Part shown: positions 29,593 through 38,650 of the stretch, piece after piece
Layout of the letters: every line of letters starts with the position of its first letter
Numbering within the stretch: the first letter of the stretch is position 1
Virus record (IMG/VR): IMGVR_UViG_3300047388_000185
Coordinates: 738-64,737 of that record
Strand: one strand, 5' to 3'
DNA: 64,000 nucleotides
DNA from: a virus
Taxonomy: Duplodnaviria; Heunggongvirae; Uroviricota; Caudoviricetes
Program-made: the position numbers and the translations under genes
Notes under the pieces: model-generated
The model's input: the letters and a program-made list of their open reading frames with translations, nothing else
The model's database searches: none
Told to the model about the DNA's origin: nothing

Positions 29593-31386
29593 TTAGGTGA
29601 ACGCAGCGACCAACGTGGCCAGAGAAGTTGAAACTGTACCGGATTGGGTTGTAGCCGTCCCTGCGGTACGGATATTCAATTCGTAACCAACTGCAGATTC
29701 ATGCTTACCGTCGGAAGTCGTATAGAAAGCTGTGCCATTAACACCCCACTGCCAGTACGGAAGACCACTAGTGCCAGCACGTTCAGCTTGAGACTGATAA
29801 TACGTCAGATTGACATCTGAGGAGGTCCAACCCTTAAGTGTCGTTTCGTAAGTCTCGCCAGTACCCCCGACACTCCAGCCGGTAGTAGCAACCTGGCCCG
29901 TCAGCGTCCGGAAGTTATCCAAGGCCACGGGACTTCCCGTCGCGGTGCTACCGGGGGCCGATCCGGACGTATAGGTAAATGTTGTTCCATTTGAGATGGA
30001 GACTACATAACTTCCGTTATAAGCCGCAGGTGTCGCACCAGAGATAGTATACGTACCCCCGTTGACCATCGCTGCAGTACTTGCCACAGTAGCAGTACAA
30101 GCGCTACCGGTGGACACAAGACTAGTAATAGAGACGGACTGAGAAGTCGTGTTAGGGGTCATACTTCTCTGAATGATCTTACTAATCCCAGCCGTACGCA
30201 CAATACCATAAAGTGTCTGTTGCTGAGTCGTTTGAAATCCATTTGTACCGTAACCTATAACTGCATGAGTACCATACTGGAGAAGAGACGAGGCTAATGT
30301 AATATCTGCTCCACCAACAGAAGTGCTCCATTCTGCGGCGTTACCCGATGGCACACCCATATTGAGAACTGGGAAAATTGCTGTTGCTGGATTAGTAGCG
30401 TCAGTGTAAACAAGTCGGCTCATACCTCCTGCACCGGTTCCAACAGGGGCAGCATCACCCGTTCCATACGTCTTAGAATCTCCTATCATTACTGGGACGG
30501 GAGACGAATGATACCCCAGGATAAGCGGCATATAGATGCCAAAAGGAGAAACGACGTCTACGAGGTTATTGTTAATTGCACTAATTGTTAAAGAACCTGT
30601 TGCCGTAGCACTCGGAGCGCTCGTCGCAGTGTACGAAATAGTAACACCATCTACGACGTTGATGGTGAAGGTGCCATTATAGTTCAGAGCCGTGCCGGTT
30701 CCAGTAGCTCCACCTACGATATAGTTCGTACCAGAGACAATCCCGGTCGTACTAGCAACCGTGGCCGTCACAGCCGTGCCGGTAGCTGTGGCACCTGTAA
30801 GAGCAACGCTCTGCATTGTAAAAGTGAATAGCCCAGTTCCGAGAATACCGTTGGTGATCGTGAGTTTTCTCGGATCGTACCTATAGCAAGAGGTAAGGCC
30901 TTTGCCACCACCCATACTTGGTATCTGGTCAGTTGCCGGAGTTGTATATCGAAAGCGGGTCCGTACCCATCCAACTGTACCCTTTGTGAACTTAGATAAA
31001 CTAAATGTGGATGCCTGTAAAGCATCGCTGAGATTATTAGATCCGCTAGTGAAAGTAGCTGAAGCTGAACCCCCGAAGAATACTTGTTTGAAAGTACCGT
31101 TATATTCAAATGCGCATTCGATAACCGCCATCGAATTTCCAGGATTCTTCACCCCAAGTGAAGCTTGGAAAAACCAATTGGGAAACAAAATGGTTATCGC
31201 AGTTACATCCGCTCCGATAACCATCTGAACACGTTGGATAATTTCGACTGTCGGGGCTGCAATTACGTTAGTAATAGGGACTCCGGAAGCCGATTGAGGA
31301 CCGAAATTATTAGACGCAGCTGAACGAAGCTTGAGAGTGACAAGCTTGTGAACTGCGTGAGAGACTGTTTGAAGTGCTGGGCGCAT
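29593..31386 (-). CDS. SGNH/GDSL-type esterase domain protein
   Basis: Blocks IGDSKT, NMGVPSG, GYGTN and DGKH. Confidence 0.7.
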   Translation of the reverse strand: MRPALQTVSHAVHKLVTLKLRSAASNNFGPQSASGVPITNVIAAPTVEIIQRVQMVIGADVTAITILFPNWFFQASLGVKNPGNSMAVIECAFEYNGTFKQVFFGGSASATFTSGSNNLSDALQASTFSLSKFTKGTVGWVRTRFRYTTPATDQIPSMGGGKGLTSCYRYDPRKLTITNGILGTGLFTFTMQSVALTGATATGTAVTATVASTTGIVSGTNYIVGGATGTGTALNYNGTFTINVVDGVTISYTATSAPSATATGSLTISAINNNLVDVVSPFGIYMPLILGYHSSPVPVMIGDSKTYGTGDAAPVGTGAGGMSRLVYTDATNPATAIFPVLNMGVPSGNAAEWSTSVGGADITLASSLLQYGTHAVIGYGTNGFQTTQQQTLYGIVRTAGISKIIQRSMTPNTTSQSVSITSLVSTGSACTATVASTAAMVNGGTYTISGATPAAYNGSYVVSISNGTTFTYTSGSAPGSTATGSPVALDNFRTLTGQVATTGWSVGGTGETYETTLKGWTSSDVNLTYYQSQAERAGTSGLPYWQWGVNGTAFYTTSDGKHESAVGYELNIRTAGTATTQSGTVSTSLATLVAAFT

Positions 31387-31391
31387 GTGAA

Positions 31392-33440
31392 TTAACCGTT
31401 GTAAACGCGCCAGTTGTCTTGCGACACCTGGTATGCATAACCACTAGCAAGCTGCTCGCTTGTAGAATAGGAATACGTTGACCGCTTGGTTAACGTGACA
31501 CCGGCACCAGCGGCAATAGTCACAACGCCAGCCCCTGCTTGGGTATACGGAAGGAGCGTTCCGACTGGATACGGTACAGAAGAATGCGGGGGAATCGTCG
31601 CTGTAATGGAGGCCACATTGCTAAGATCCACGTTTTGACCTGCATCGGCCAAGACGAACGTGTAAGTAGTACCTGTCTGAGCATTGATCGTCTGCACTGA
31701 AAGAGCGGCAGTATTAGCCGCTACTTGAGCGTTCAATGCCGCACCGTCAGTTAGATCAGTCGTAGCAAGTTTGCCGGTCATTTGACCCACTGGCACTTTC
31801 GTGTCACTACCGAGACTGGCAACACCACTCGCAGCAGCTACCTGAGCAGAAGTAACTTGTTGAACCCAAGCGGTTCCGTTGCTTTGATAGATGAGGTATG
31901 GGGCAGAACTACCAACCGAAGCAAATTCCCCCTGATAGCTAGCGGCTGGGTAGGCAGTCTGTAGAGCCGCCGTGGAAGCGTACGTGCCCAGATTGGTTAG
32001 AACCAAGTTCCAGTTGGTGCCATCACTGGCATAGATAGAATAGGGGGCGGCTGAGCCGACTAGGCCACGATTACCACCGTTCGATCCGGCAGGAAACGCC
32101 GCTTGAAGTGCTGCGACGTTGGCATAAGTACCAACCACGCGAGTAATATTTGCGCTGTCAGAGAGATCTGTCGAAGCTGGCTGAGCAAGGCTTGGAACTC
32201 CAGAGGTGCTGATTCCAGTTACAAACTGATGGGAGACGAGAGCTGCTGATTGAACTCCGCCAAGCGTACTAGCAGTTGGGGCGGGTAATTGCGCCGCAGG
32301 AATATGTGTCGTACTATCAAGAGACGCCACACCACTGGCAGCACCCTTCTGGGCCGCAGGCAGAGCAGCATTAGCTGTCGTCTTGATTGTATTGACTGAA
32401 GGATTATTAACACCGAGGTCATAAGTACCCATGTCTGTAAGGGCAGCAAGAGTTGTCGAGCCGCCTCCGCCAGCACCTAGGACACTCCAAGCCGACCCAT
32501 TGCTAGCGTACAGGACGCCACTGATGAGAGCGGTACAAGCGACATTGCTGGCCGCAGGATATGCCGTCTGAAGAGCACCCGTTGAGCCGAACGTACCTAG
32601 ATAGCCACCTCCCAAGACAACCTTGGTGTAGACGCCACTGCTGAATACAGCCATGTCCGTCGGGTTAAAGGTCAGTCCATCGAGGACAGCGCTGGTCGAA
32701 CCGTTATAGATGAAAGCGTTGGTGCCGTATGTCGGGAAAGGATTGGTACTAGAGACGAGCGCCGGAGTCGTGCCGTTCCAATTCTGAGGGATACCGATCT
32801 TGCCGGTTATTGCCGTAGTGTTATTTCCAACCGCCGTATTCAGCGCCGCGCCGTCCGTAAGATCGGTCGTGGCTAGCTTACCCGTAATCTGGCCAGTCGG
32901 AACCTTAGAGTCTCCACCGAGTGAAGCAACGCCGTTCGCGGCTCCTACTGCAGTGGTGGCAACCTTCGCAGCCAAGGGAGTAACGAGATTGGTAGTGTAG
33001 TCAGATGCACCGGTCAGAGAAGTAATGCCCCCGCCTCCACCCGTAACTGCAACATACTGAGTCTTATCGGCGCTAATACGGTACTGTGCCGCAGGATTAG
33101 TGTCCAAGAAGAACGTAGCTCCGAAACCCTGTCCAATATCCGAAAGGGTAGGGGTCCCGGCTAACTGTGAGGCCGTTCTTTGAATTTCCGTAGCGAGACT
33201 AATTCCACTAGCCCCTAGTTGAAATTGGTTATACCAGACCGTGAAGGTCTTAGAACTATCGAGGTAAACGGATAGATTGCCTGAGCTATCGAGGAAAACG
33301 TTACCGTGAGCGCTAAGCATCCCGCTAGTGGCAGTTGCCATAATGATAGCAGGAGCTCCAGTAGCTTGTTCTAGAATACGAACTCTGAGGTTCGCATAAT
33401 TTACTCCGTAGGAAGCTGTGAATAGGGTATAAGTTGCCAT
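31392..33440 (-). CDS. Virion fibre/appendage protein
   Basis: Shared N-terminal module; GVASL..D.KVP repeats; three ALQ.A(Y/F)PA repeats; INAQTGTTYT C-terminal domain. Confidence 0.7.
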   Translation of the reverse strand: MATYTLFTASYGVNYANLRVRILEQATGAPAIIMATATSGMLSAHGNVFLDSSGNLSVYLDSSKTFTVWYNQFQLGASGISLATEIQRTASQLAGTPTLSDIGQGFGATFFLDTNPAAQYRISADKTQYVAVTGGGGGITSLTGASDYTTNLVTPLAAKVATTAVGAANGVASLGGDSKVPTGQITGKLATTDLTDGAALNTAVGNNTTAITGKIGIPQNWNGTTPALVSSTNPFPTYGTNAFIYNGSTSAVLDGLTFNPTDMAVFSSGVYTKVVLGGGYLGTFGSTGALQTAYPAASNVACTALISGVLYASNGSAWSVLGAGGGGSTTLAALTDMGTYDLGVNNPSVNTIKTTANAALPAAQKGAASGVASLDSTTHIPAAQLPAPTASTLGGVQSAALVSHQFVTGISTSGVPSLAQPASTDLSDSANITRVVGTYANVAALQAAFPAGSNGGNRGLVGSAAPYSIYASDGTNWNLVLTNLGTYASTAALQTAYPAASYQGEFASVGSSAPYLIYQSNGTAWVQQVTSAQVAAASGVASLGSDTKVPVGQMTGKLATTDLTDGAALNAQVAANTAALSVQTINAQTGTTYTFVLADAGQNVDLSNVASITATIPPHSSVPYPVGTLLPYTQAGAGVVTIAAGAGVTLTKRSTYSYSTSEQLASGYAYQVSQDNWRVYNG

Positions 33441-33458
33441 GAGGGTATTTTAGGGCGT

Positions 33459-33480
33459 AAAAAAGGGTCCCGAAGGACCC
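33459..33480 (-). terminator. Rho-independent terminator
   Basis: GGGTCC-TTCG-GGACCC followed by TTTTTT on the minus strand. Confidence 0.85.
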
Positions 33481-33502
33481 CTGTAGATAAACTCGTTTAA
33501 GT

Positions 33503-33961
33503 TTACAGTTGTGTCAGAGCGATACTCATCGACACGGCTTCGCCCGGGGTCGGGGGAACCACGACAATAGCGTCGAACGAAACGTCAACAGAAGCGGTGA
33601 GAGCACCAGAAGTGACAGTCACGACCGTCGAGCCAGCAACGCCCGTGGGGACGATCTGAGCCGACAAGCCATCGGCAGACGGCGTCACGGTAAACAGAGT
33701 AGCATCCGCAACAACCCAAACCGGCAGGGCCGGGAACTGAGTCGTAGCAAGACCATTGGCATCGATGCCAGAGAGAACGGCATTTGCGCCGGGATTGAGA
33801 ATAGCAGTCATGTTTGAATCCTTAAAGGTTAGTGAAGAGACTGGAAAGAGAATAACTAAAGAACGAGCAGGTTTAGGAAACAATTCATGCAAGGCATGGC
33901 GAATGATTGCTTCAAAATGGGCCCACGCCCGCCTTAATTGTCTGATGAATTGGTATACCAT
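33503..33961 (-). CDS. Ig-like domain virion protein (alternative internal start at 33811)
   Basis: Beta-rich PVWVVAD..VTPSADGLSA..GSTVVTVT; TAACAT-N6 before ATG 33961 and an AAGGA RBS before ATG 33811. Confidence 0.65.
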   Translation of the reverse strand: MVYQFIRQLRRAWAHFEAIIRHALHELFPKPARSLVILFPVSSLTFKDSNMTAILNPGANAVLSGIDANGLATTQFPALPVWVVADATLFTVTPSADGLSAQIVPTGVAGSTVVTVTSGALTASVDVSFDAIVVVPPTPGEAVSMSIALTQL

Positions 33962-34049
33962 CCATCCATGTTAACAGAAGAATCGATTGAAAAACCAAGC
34001 TTTACGCCTGATTTCATTTGAGCTAAAGGTTACTGTAAGGTTAACCGAG

Positions 34050-36014
34050 TTAAGACCCAGTAATGACAATCGGCGCCGTAGCGGACGTCTGGGAAGTTGA
34101 TGCAGTTGTAACTGCAATCCGAGCAAAGCGAGCGGCCATCCCAGGGGCTGCAGTGTACGCCGTGGTCGCACTTGCAACAGCGGCTACCGAAGCACTGGCT
34201 GGAAGAATGTTAACTTGATCTGCGCTGAACTGAAGCTGATAGGAAGCGGGGCCTGATGCAACGCCCAGCGGAACCCAACCTGTGACGCTGGTGCAACCTG
34301 AAACGTCATACCAAGCCGTAGCAGTGCTGACAGTCCCGGCAAGAGCTCCAGCAGTTCGGTCAAACCATTGACGTTGGACCGTGGCCGGTGAAATAGACAA
34401 CCGGGTAGCTGTTACCACAACAGTAGCGGTAGTCGCAGCCGTTGCCGTGTTGCTTGAGTTCACGTTTATCCAACGATATCGACGACGACCTGGAAGCATG
34501 ATGGCTGGAATAAACGCATGACCCGCTGCGGTCAGACGCTCAACTTGCCAGTAATCATACCAAGTCGTACCACCGTCTGGAGACCATTGAAGCCAAATAT
34601 CGATACCAACGGCACTGCCTCCGGTGTACGCAGAGAGATTGATGTCCATGGAACAAGTACCTCCTACGCCGTCGGCTATAGTAGAACTGTTACCAGATGA
34701 GGCTGACCAGGAAGTCGAGGAAACATCAGTCCCGTGTGTCGGCGCGCTCAGAACTACTCCCAAACTAGCATTAGCACTACCGCCAACCTGGCCTAATGTT
34801 GAAGCAGTGGATGAGCTGTTATACTGCGTCAAGTTTACGGTTGTAACAGTGGTGGCTGAAGCGACACTGGCATTTAAGCTGGCAGTCAAGGTTCCAGACA
34901 CCGTAGCCGAATTTGCTGACAAGCGAAACGCCTTTGCGCCTGCAACTTTCCACTGGAAGGCACCAGTAACTGAGGTAGCAATCGTGGCAGAAGAAACGGA
35001 TACCTGAGGAGTGTTGGTCGGGGTCGTGTATTCGGACAAGGATTGCCAGTTCGAACCATCGTAACTAATCTGAGCTGTTACCTGTGCACCTAAGGTATTC
35101 GCCGTAATGGACGCTACGACAACTGCCTGACCATTCAAAGCGATAGAAATGGTCGAATTCGCAGTAGCTGTTCCGCTAGAAACGTTCAAGTTCTGAGCGG
35201 TGATATTCGTGGAAGTCGTGGACACGTCAGCCGGAGCCCCAACGGTCACTGGATTATTAGGACTCAAAGCGACAACTAGCGCCGGATCGGTTGCGACGGC
35301 AGCAGTGGAGGCTGCTTTAACAACGGCAGTGGCGACGATAGGGGCGGCTGCAATAGTAGCGAGCGAAGTATTACCAGTATCTTGCTTGGCACTAGTAGCA
35401 GCACCAGTCGTATTGGTAGCAATAGTAGCTAGAGAAGTATTACCAGTCGTTTGATTGGCAGCAGTCGAAGCTCCAGTTGTATTGGTAGCAATAGTAGCGA
35501 GCGAAGTGTTACCTGTCGTTTGATTGGCCGCAGTAGAAACGCCTGATACAGTTACAGGGACAGCAGCTTGGTCAGAAGCGATAACAACCGGAGTAGAATT
35601 CGCAGAATTTGCAGATCCCTTTGCGGGAAGTTTCGTATCAATACTGGCAAGAGAAGTATTGCCAGTAGTTTGCAAAGCCGAAGTAGCACTCCCTCCGCCC
35701 CCGCCAGCTGTATTGGTAGCGATGGTTTGAACCGCAGTCTTAACCAATAGCTGAGTGGATTCTTGCGTGTTCGAACTCGAAGCTGTTGAGCCAGGAATGG
35801 GGTAGAGGTCTACCTGCCAGGTTTTGGAACTATCAAGATAGGCAGCCAGATTTCCGCTGCTGTCAAGGGTCGCAACACCCAATGAATTGACTAGACCTCC
35901 CGTAGCTGAGGCCATGACAATGGCCGGGGCTTGGGTTACAGTGTCAAAGATCTTGACTGGGGTGTTAGCGTAGGATGCGCCAAACGATGCGTTATATAGA
36001 GCGTAAGTTGCCAT
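34050..36014 (-). CDS. Virion fibre/appendage protein
   Basis: Shared N-terminal module; 22-aa STAANQTTGNTSLATIATNTTG repeats; beta-sandwich C-terminal domains. Confidence 0.7.
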   Translation of the reverse strand: MATYALYNASFGASYANTPVKIFDTVTQAPAIVMASATGGLVNSLGVATLDSSGNLAAYLDSSKTWQVDLYPIPGSTASSSNTQESTQLLVKTAVQTIATNTAGGGGGSATSALQTTGNTSLASIDTKLPAKGSANSANSTPVVIASDQAAVPVTVSGVSTAANQTTGNTSLATIATNTTGASTAANQTTGNTSLATIATNTTGAATSAKQDTGNTSLATIAAAPIVATAVVKAASTAAVATDPALVVALSPNNPVTVGAPADVSTTSTNITAQNLNVSSGTATANSTISIALNGQAVVVASITANTLGAQVTAQISYDGSNWQSLSEYTTPTNTPQVSVSSATIATSVTGAFQWKVAGAKAFRLSANSATVSGTLTASLNASVASATTVTTVNLTQYNSSSTASTLGQVGGSANASLGVVLSAPTHGTDVSSTSWSASSGNSSTIADGVGGTCSMDINLSAYTGGSAVGIDIWLQWSPDGGTTWYDYWQVERLTAAGHAFIPAIMLPGRRRYRWINVNSSNTATAATTATVVVTATRLSISPATVQRQWFDRTAGALAGTVSTATAWYDVSGCTSVTGWVPLGVASGPASYQLQFSADQVNILPASASVAAVASATTAYTAAPGMAARFARIAVTTASTSQTSATAPIVITGS

Positions 36015-36050
36015 AGCCGGATTTTAGCTCTGCATCAACGATTAGAAATT

Positions 36051-36079
36051 TCAATAATTTACGATTTCGAGGTATAAGA
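36051..36079 (+). promoter_or_regulatory. Phage promoter motif TCAA-N16-GGTATAAGA (copy 1)
   Basis: The same bipartite motif precedes five plus-strand islands. Confidence 0.75.
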
Positions 36080-36148
36080 GTTTGTATACAAAGTATGCCT
36101 CTCAGATCAGAGAGTTTCTTTTCTTAGTTAACTTAGAAAGCACTACAA

Positions 36149-36352
36149 ATGAAGACCATCGTTTCCATCCCGTCGCAAGGTACCGAATCCCCGGCCATGG
36201 GCGGCGACCTGAGCGAAGCGCAAGTTCGCACCATGTTCGCCCCGCAAGTCCCCGGCATCGCCAACATGGTTGCCACGAGCACCCTGGGCAGCGACGCTGA
36301 CGGCCAAGTGCGCACCTGGACGTTCCAGCCGCGTACCGGCAACAAGGGCTGA
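36149..36352 (+). CDS. Ubiquitin-like protein (PRTRC protein C-like)
   Basis: 67 aa; LSEAQVRTMFAPQVP..WTFQPRTGNKG C-terminus; first gene of the E2/JAB/E1 operon. Confidence 0.8.
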   Translation: MKTIVSIPSQGTESPAMGGDLSEAQVRTMFAPQVPGIANMVATSTLGSDADGQVRTWTFQPRTGNKG

Positions 36353-36480
36353 GTTAGCCTCTGAGCTGAGACCTGAGCGAATAATGAACTCCAACCTGAA
36401 GCTCTGTGTGGGCTCTAGCGCAAGTGCGCAGAGGTTAGCGTAGTTTCTTTTCGCTTAGGTTTGAAAGCTTAAATAACTCA
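36350..36480 (+). ncRNA. Candidate structured RNA (long interrupted stem with a two-hairpin cap)
   Basis: Nested complementary segments, including 36350-56/36474-80 and the 13-bp 36369-81/36450-62. Confidence 0.5.
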
Positions 36481-36483
36481 AAG

Positions 36484-36509
36484 AAAGCAGGCACAAGTCT
36501 GCTTTTTTT
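36484..36509 (+). terminator. Rho-independent terminator
   Basis: AAAGCAGGC-ACAA-GTCTGCTTT followed by a T-tract. Confidence 0.8.
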
Positions 36510-36554
36510 AGTCGTATCATTTACAATTGCCGCACGCACGCAAGGAGAGCAACC

Positions 36555-37622
36555 ATGGCCAAGAAGCCTACGATTAGACTAAAGAAAACAGAACTTCCCA
36601 TCGATCCCCTGGCAGCACATGACCATGCGACTCAAAACCAAGATCGGTTCTATCAACATGCTTCCCGTCTATTGGCCGAGTTTCATACGGTCGACGGTGT
36701 AGCGTCTCGTAGCCGGTTTAAAACCGACTTCGAAGCATCCGCTTTTGTTCCAAGAGTTCGAGCTCCCCTGAAACTTCACCGAAATTTCCCAGTTGTTGCC
36801 AGTCGCCGATTAGTGGACGCTGCATCACACCGGGCCCCGTGGATTTGGAAAGTACGAGAATCGGTTAGCCCCGTCGAGTATTTCAGCAATGGAAAGGCTA
36901 GTGCGGAAACGTTCGTCGGCCAATCAGATTCTCATCCATTTTGCTTTGAAATTGCTTTTGAAGGAAAAGTATTTACGGAAGCAGTCGATGCAGATACCCG
37001 AAAGCACTTGAGTGACAGTTTCGAGAAATCCAAGGAGATTCGGGCTCTGAAGCGCTACCTTGCAAGGATCAATCTGCAGTGCGTCAAAGAGGCGATTCCA
37101 GTTTTCTTAACGAGTGCTTCGAGAGAACCCCTGGGTCGAAATTGGACCGAGCCTGATTGGGAAGGTGATCGAATTTTCTGCCCAGGAATAGTCATCAGAA
37201 CCGAATTCTGCAAGACGTGGTTGACGAACTATGACTACAACGCAACTTCACTGATCGACGGAAGCAATCTCGGCCGCATTCCGGCTGAATACGATTTGGA
37301 ACGAGCGGCAATGGGCTTCCGAGGAAATGCCGACGTAGAGTTTCTACGTCGGGAGATGAATCTCGAAGTCGCATTCCAAGTTATCTCTGGTACCCACTAT
37401 CCCGTGACCGTTCCGACAGCTTGGACTAAGGAGATGATATTTGGCACGGATCCGAATCCGGAGGATGTTCGTTCCGGAAAGGCTCCAATTCCGCCAAAAG
37501 CGGAGGTGGTAATGGTGACAACATTGCTGGAGAGAATTCCTGAAATGAAACGCATCATTAGTACTCTTATGAGGATCGCACGACCATATGATCACGCATC
37601 TTTTCTCCCAACTGATCTCTGA
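36555..37622 (+). CDS. Hypothetical protein in the Ubl operon
   Basis: 355-aa ORF with a strong AAGGAG RBS. Confidence 0.75.
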   Translation: MAKKPTIRLKKTELPIDPLAAHDHATQNQDRFYQHASRLLAEFHTVDGVASRSRFKTDFEASAFVPRVRAPLKLHRNFPVVASRRLVDAASHRAPWIWKVRESVSPVEYFSNGKASAETFVGQSDSHPFCFEIAFEGKVFTEAVDADTRKHLSDSFEKSKEIRALKRYLARINLQCVKEAIPVFLTSASREPLGRNWTEPDWEGDRIFCPGIVIRTEFCKTWLTNYDYNATSLIDGSNLGRIPAEYDLERAAMGFRGNADVEFLRREMNLEVAFQVISGTHYPVTVPTAWTKEMIFGTDPNPEDVRSGKAPIPPKAEVVMVTTLLERIPEMKRIISTLMRIARPYDHASFLPTDL

Positions 37623-37845
37623 GCTAACCGGGGATCTGAGCCCCTCCGGGATTCAGAAAGAAATCCTGGCAAAGCCCATCGAGACCCTGACCCCCGTCCA
37701 AAATGTTGGCCTCTTCCTGTTCTGGAATCATCTCGCTGGAGCATCGACTTCAGGGGCCGCCAGGTTGGATCCGTCAGTCGTCATGGCAGTAATGACTGGA
37801 CTTCCCGAAGTCCAAGATGCTACCGATGACTTCTACTTTATCTGA
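37588..37845 (+). CDS. Small hypothetical protein in the Ubl operon
   Basis: Overlaps both neighbours. Confidence 0.55.
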   Translation: MITHLFSQLISELTGDLSPSGIQKEILAKPIETLTPVQNVGLFLFWNHLAGASTSGAARLDPSVVMAVMTGLPEVQDATDDFYFI

Positions 37846-38641
37846 AAGGATATCCGTGAGCACTGAAACACTCGAGGCTGTCTCTGCTGTAGAAGCCCCC
37901 ACCGCAACTCCCACCCCCGTGGAAAACCCCGCAGACTTTACTGAGGTTCACGGTACCCGAGTCGATCTTCTTGAGAATGCTGTCAAGCTTCATCTGAGCA
38001 ACGGCACGACTCGTATCGTCAGTTACAGCGATTTCTCTCAGACATTGCTGACGTTCCTCGACAAGGCCCAAGAGTCCAAGGTTGCAACCCTGCGCTTGCT
38101 CCCGTCAAATGTATACGCTATCGAGGAAGGAGTTAGCCATTTGAATTTGGGCTTCTATTTCCCGGAGACAATTCAGAATGTCAACTTCCTCGGGGACATT
38201 GAACGTCGAGTTGTCCCAAACATCATCCTCACGGTGTATTTGACCCGGGGAGCCGGAGATAAGAAGTTCGACTTCAAGTTCCGCGATGCTCGCTATTACT
38301 GCACGAATCTGCCGCTGGCCCGGCTGCCCCGAGAGATCGTGAGCAAGACGGGACCGAGCATCTCGATCCTTCCGTTCACTAACGTGTACTCGGAAGCGAA
38401 TCTGTGCATGGGGAACAACTCGATCATCTCGGACTTCTTGAATAATGATCTGAGGGCAACTAGCTGGTACCACGACATGCTCTGGGCCAGCCCATTCAAC
38501 AACGATCTCGGTGTCCGAGCCTTGAAAGAAAGCAGTAAGTACCGGGATAGCAACAGCAGTTGGTACAAGCATCTTGCCAAACTAGCCAAAGATGGCAAGG
38601 GATTTCCTTACGAGGAAGTCCGAAACATGACTCAATCCTGA
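37817..38641 (+). CDS. Prokaryotic E2-like conjugating enzyme (PRTRC B / E2 family D-like)
   Basis: LPFTNVYSEANLCMGN with a catalytic-Cys-type motif; WASPFNNDL. Confidence 0.75.
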   Translation: MLPMTSTLSERISVSTETLEAVSAVEAPTATPTPVENPADFTEVHGTRVDLLENAVKLHLSNGTTRIVSYSDFSQTLLTFLDKAQESKVATLRLLPSNVYAIEEGVSHLNLGFYFPETIQNVNFLGDIERRVVPNIILTVYLTRGAGDKKFDFKFRDARYYCTNLPLARLPREIVSKTGPSISILPFTNVYSEANLCMGNNSIISDFLNNDLRATSWYHDMLWASPFNNDLGVRALKESSKYRDSNSSWYKHLAKLAKDGKGFPYEEVRNMTQS

Positions 38642-38650
38642 AAGAACCTC

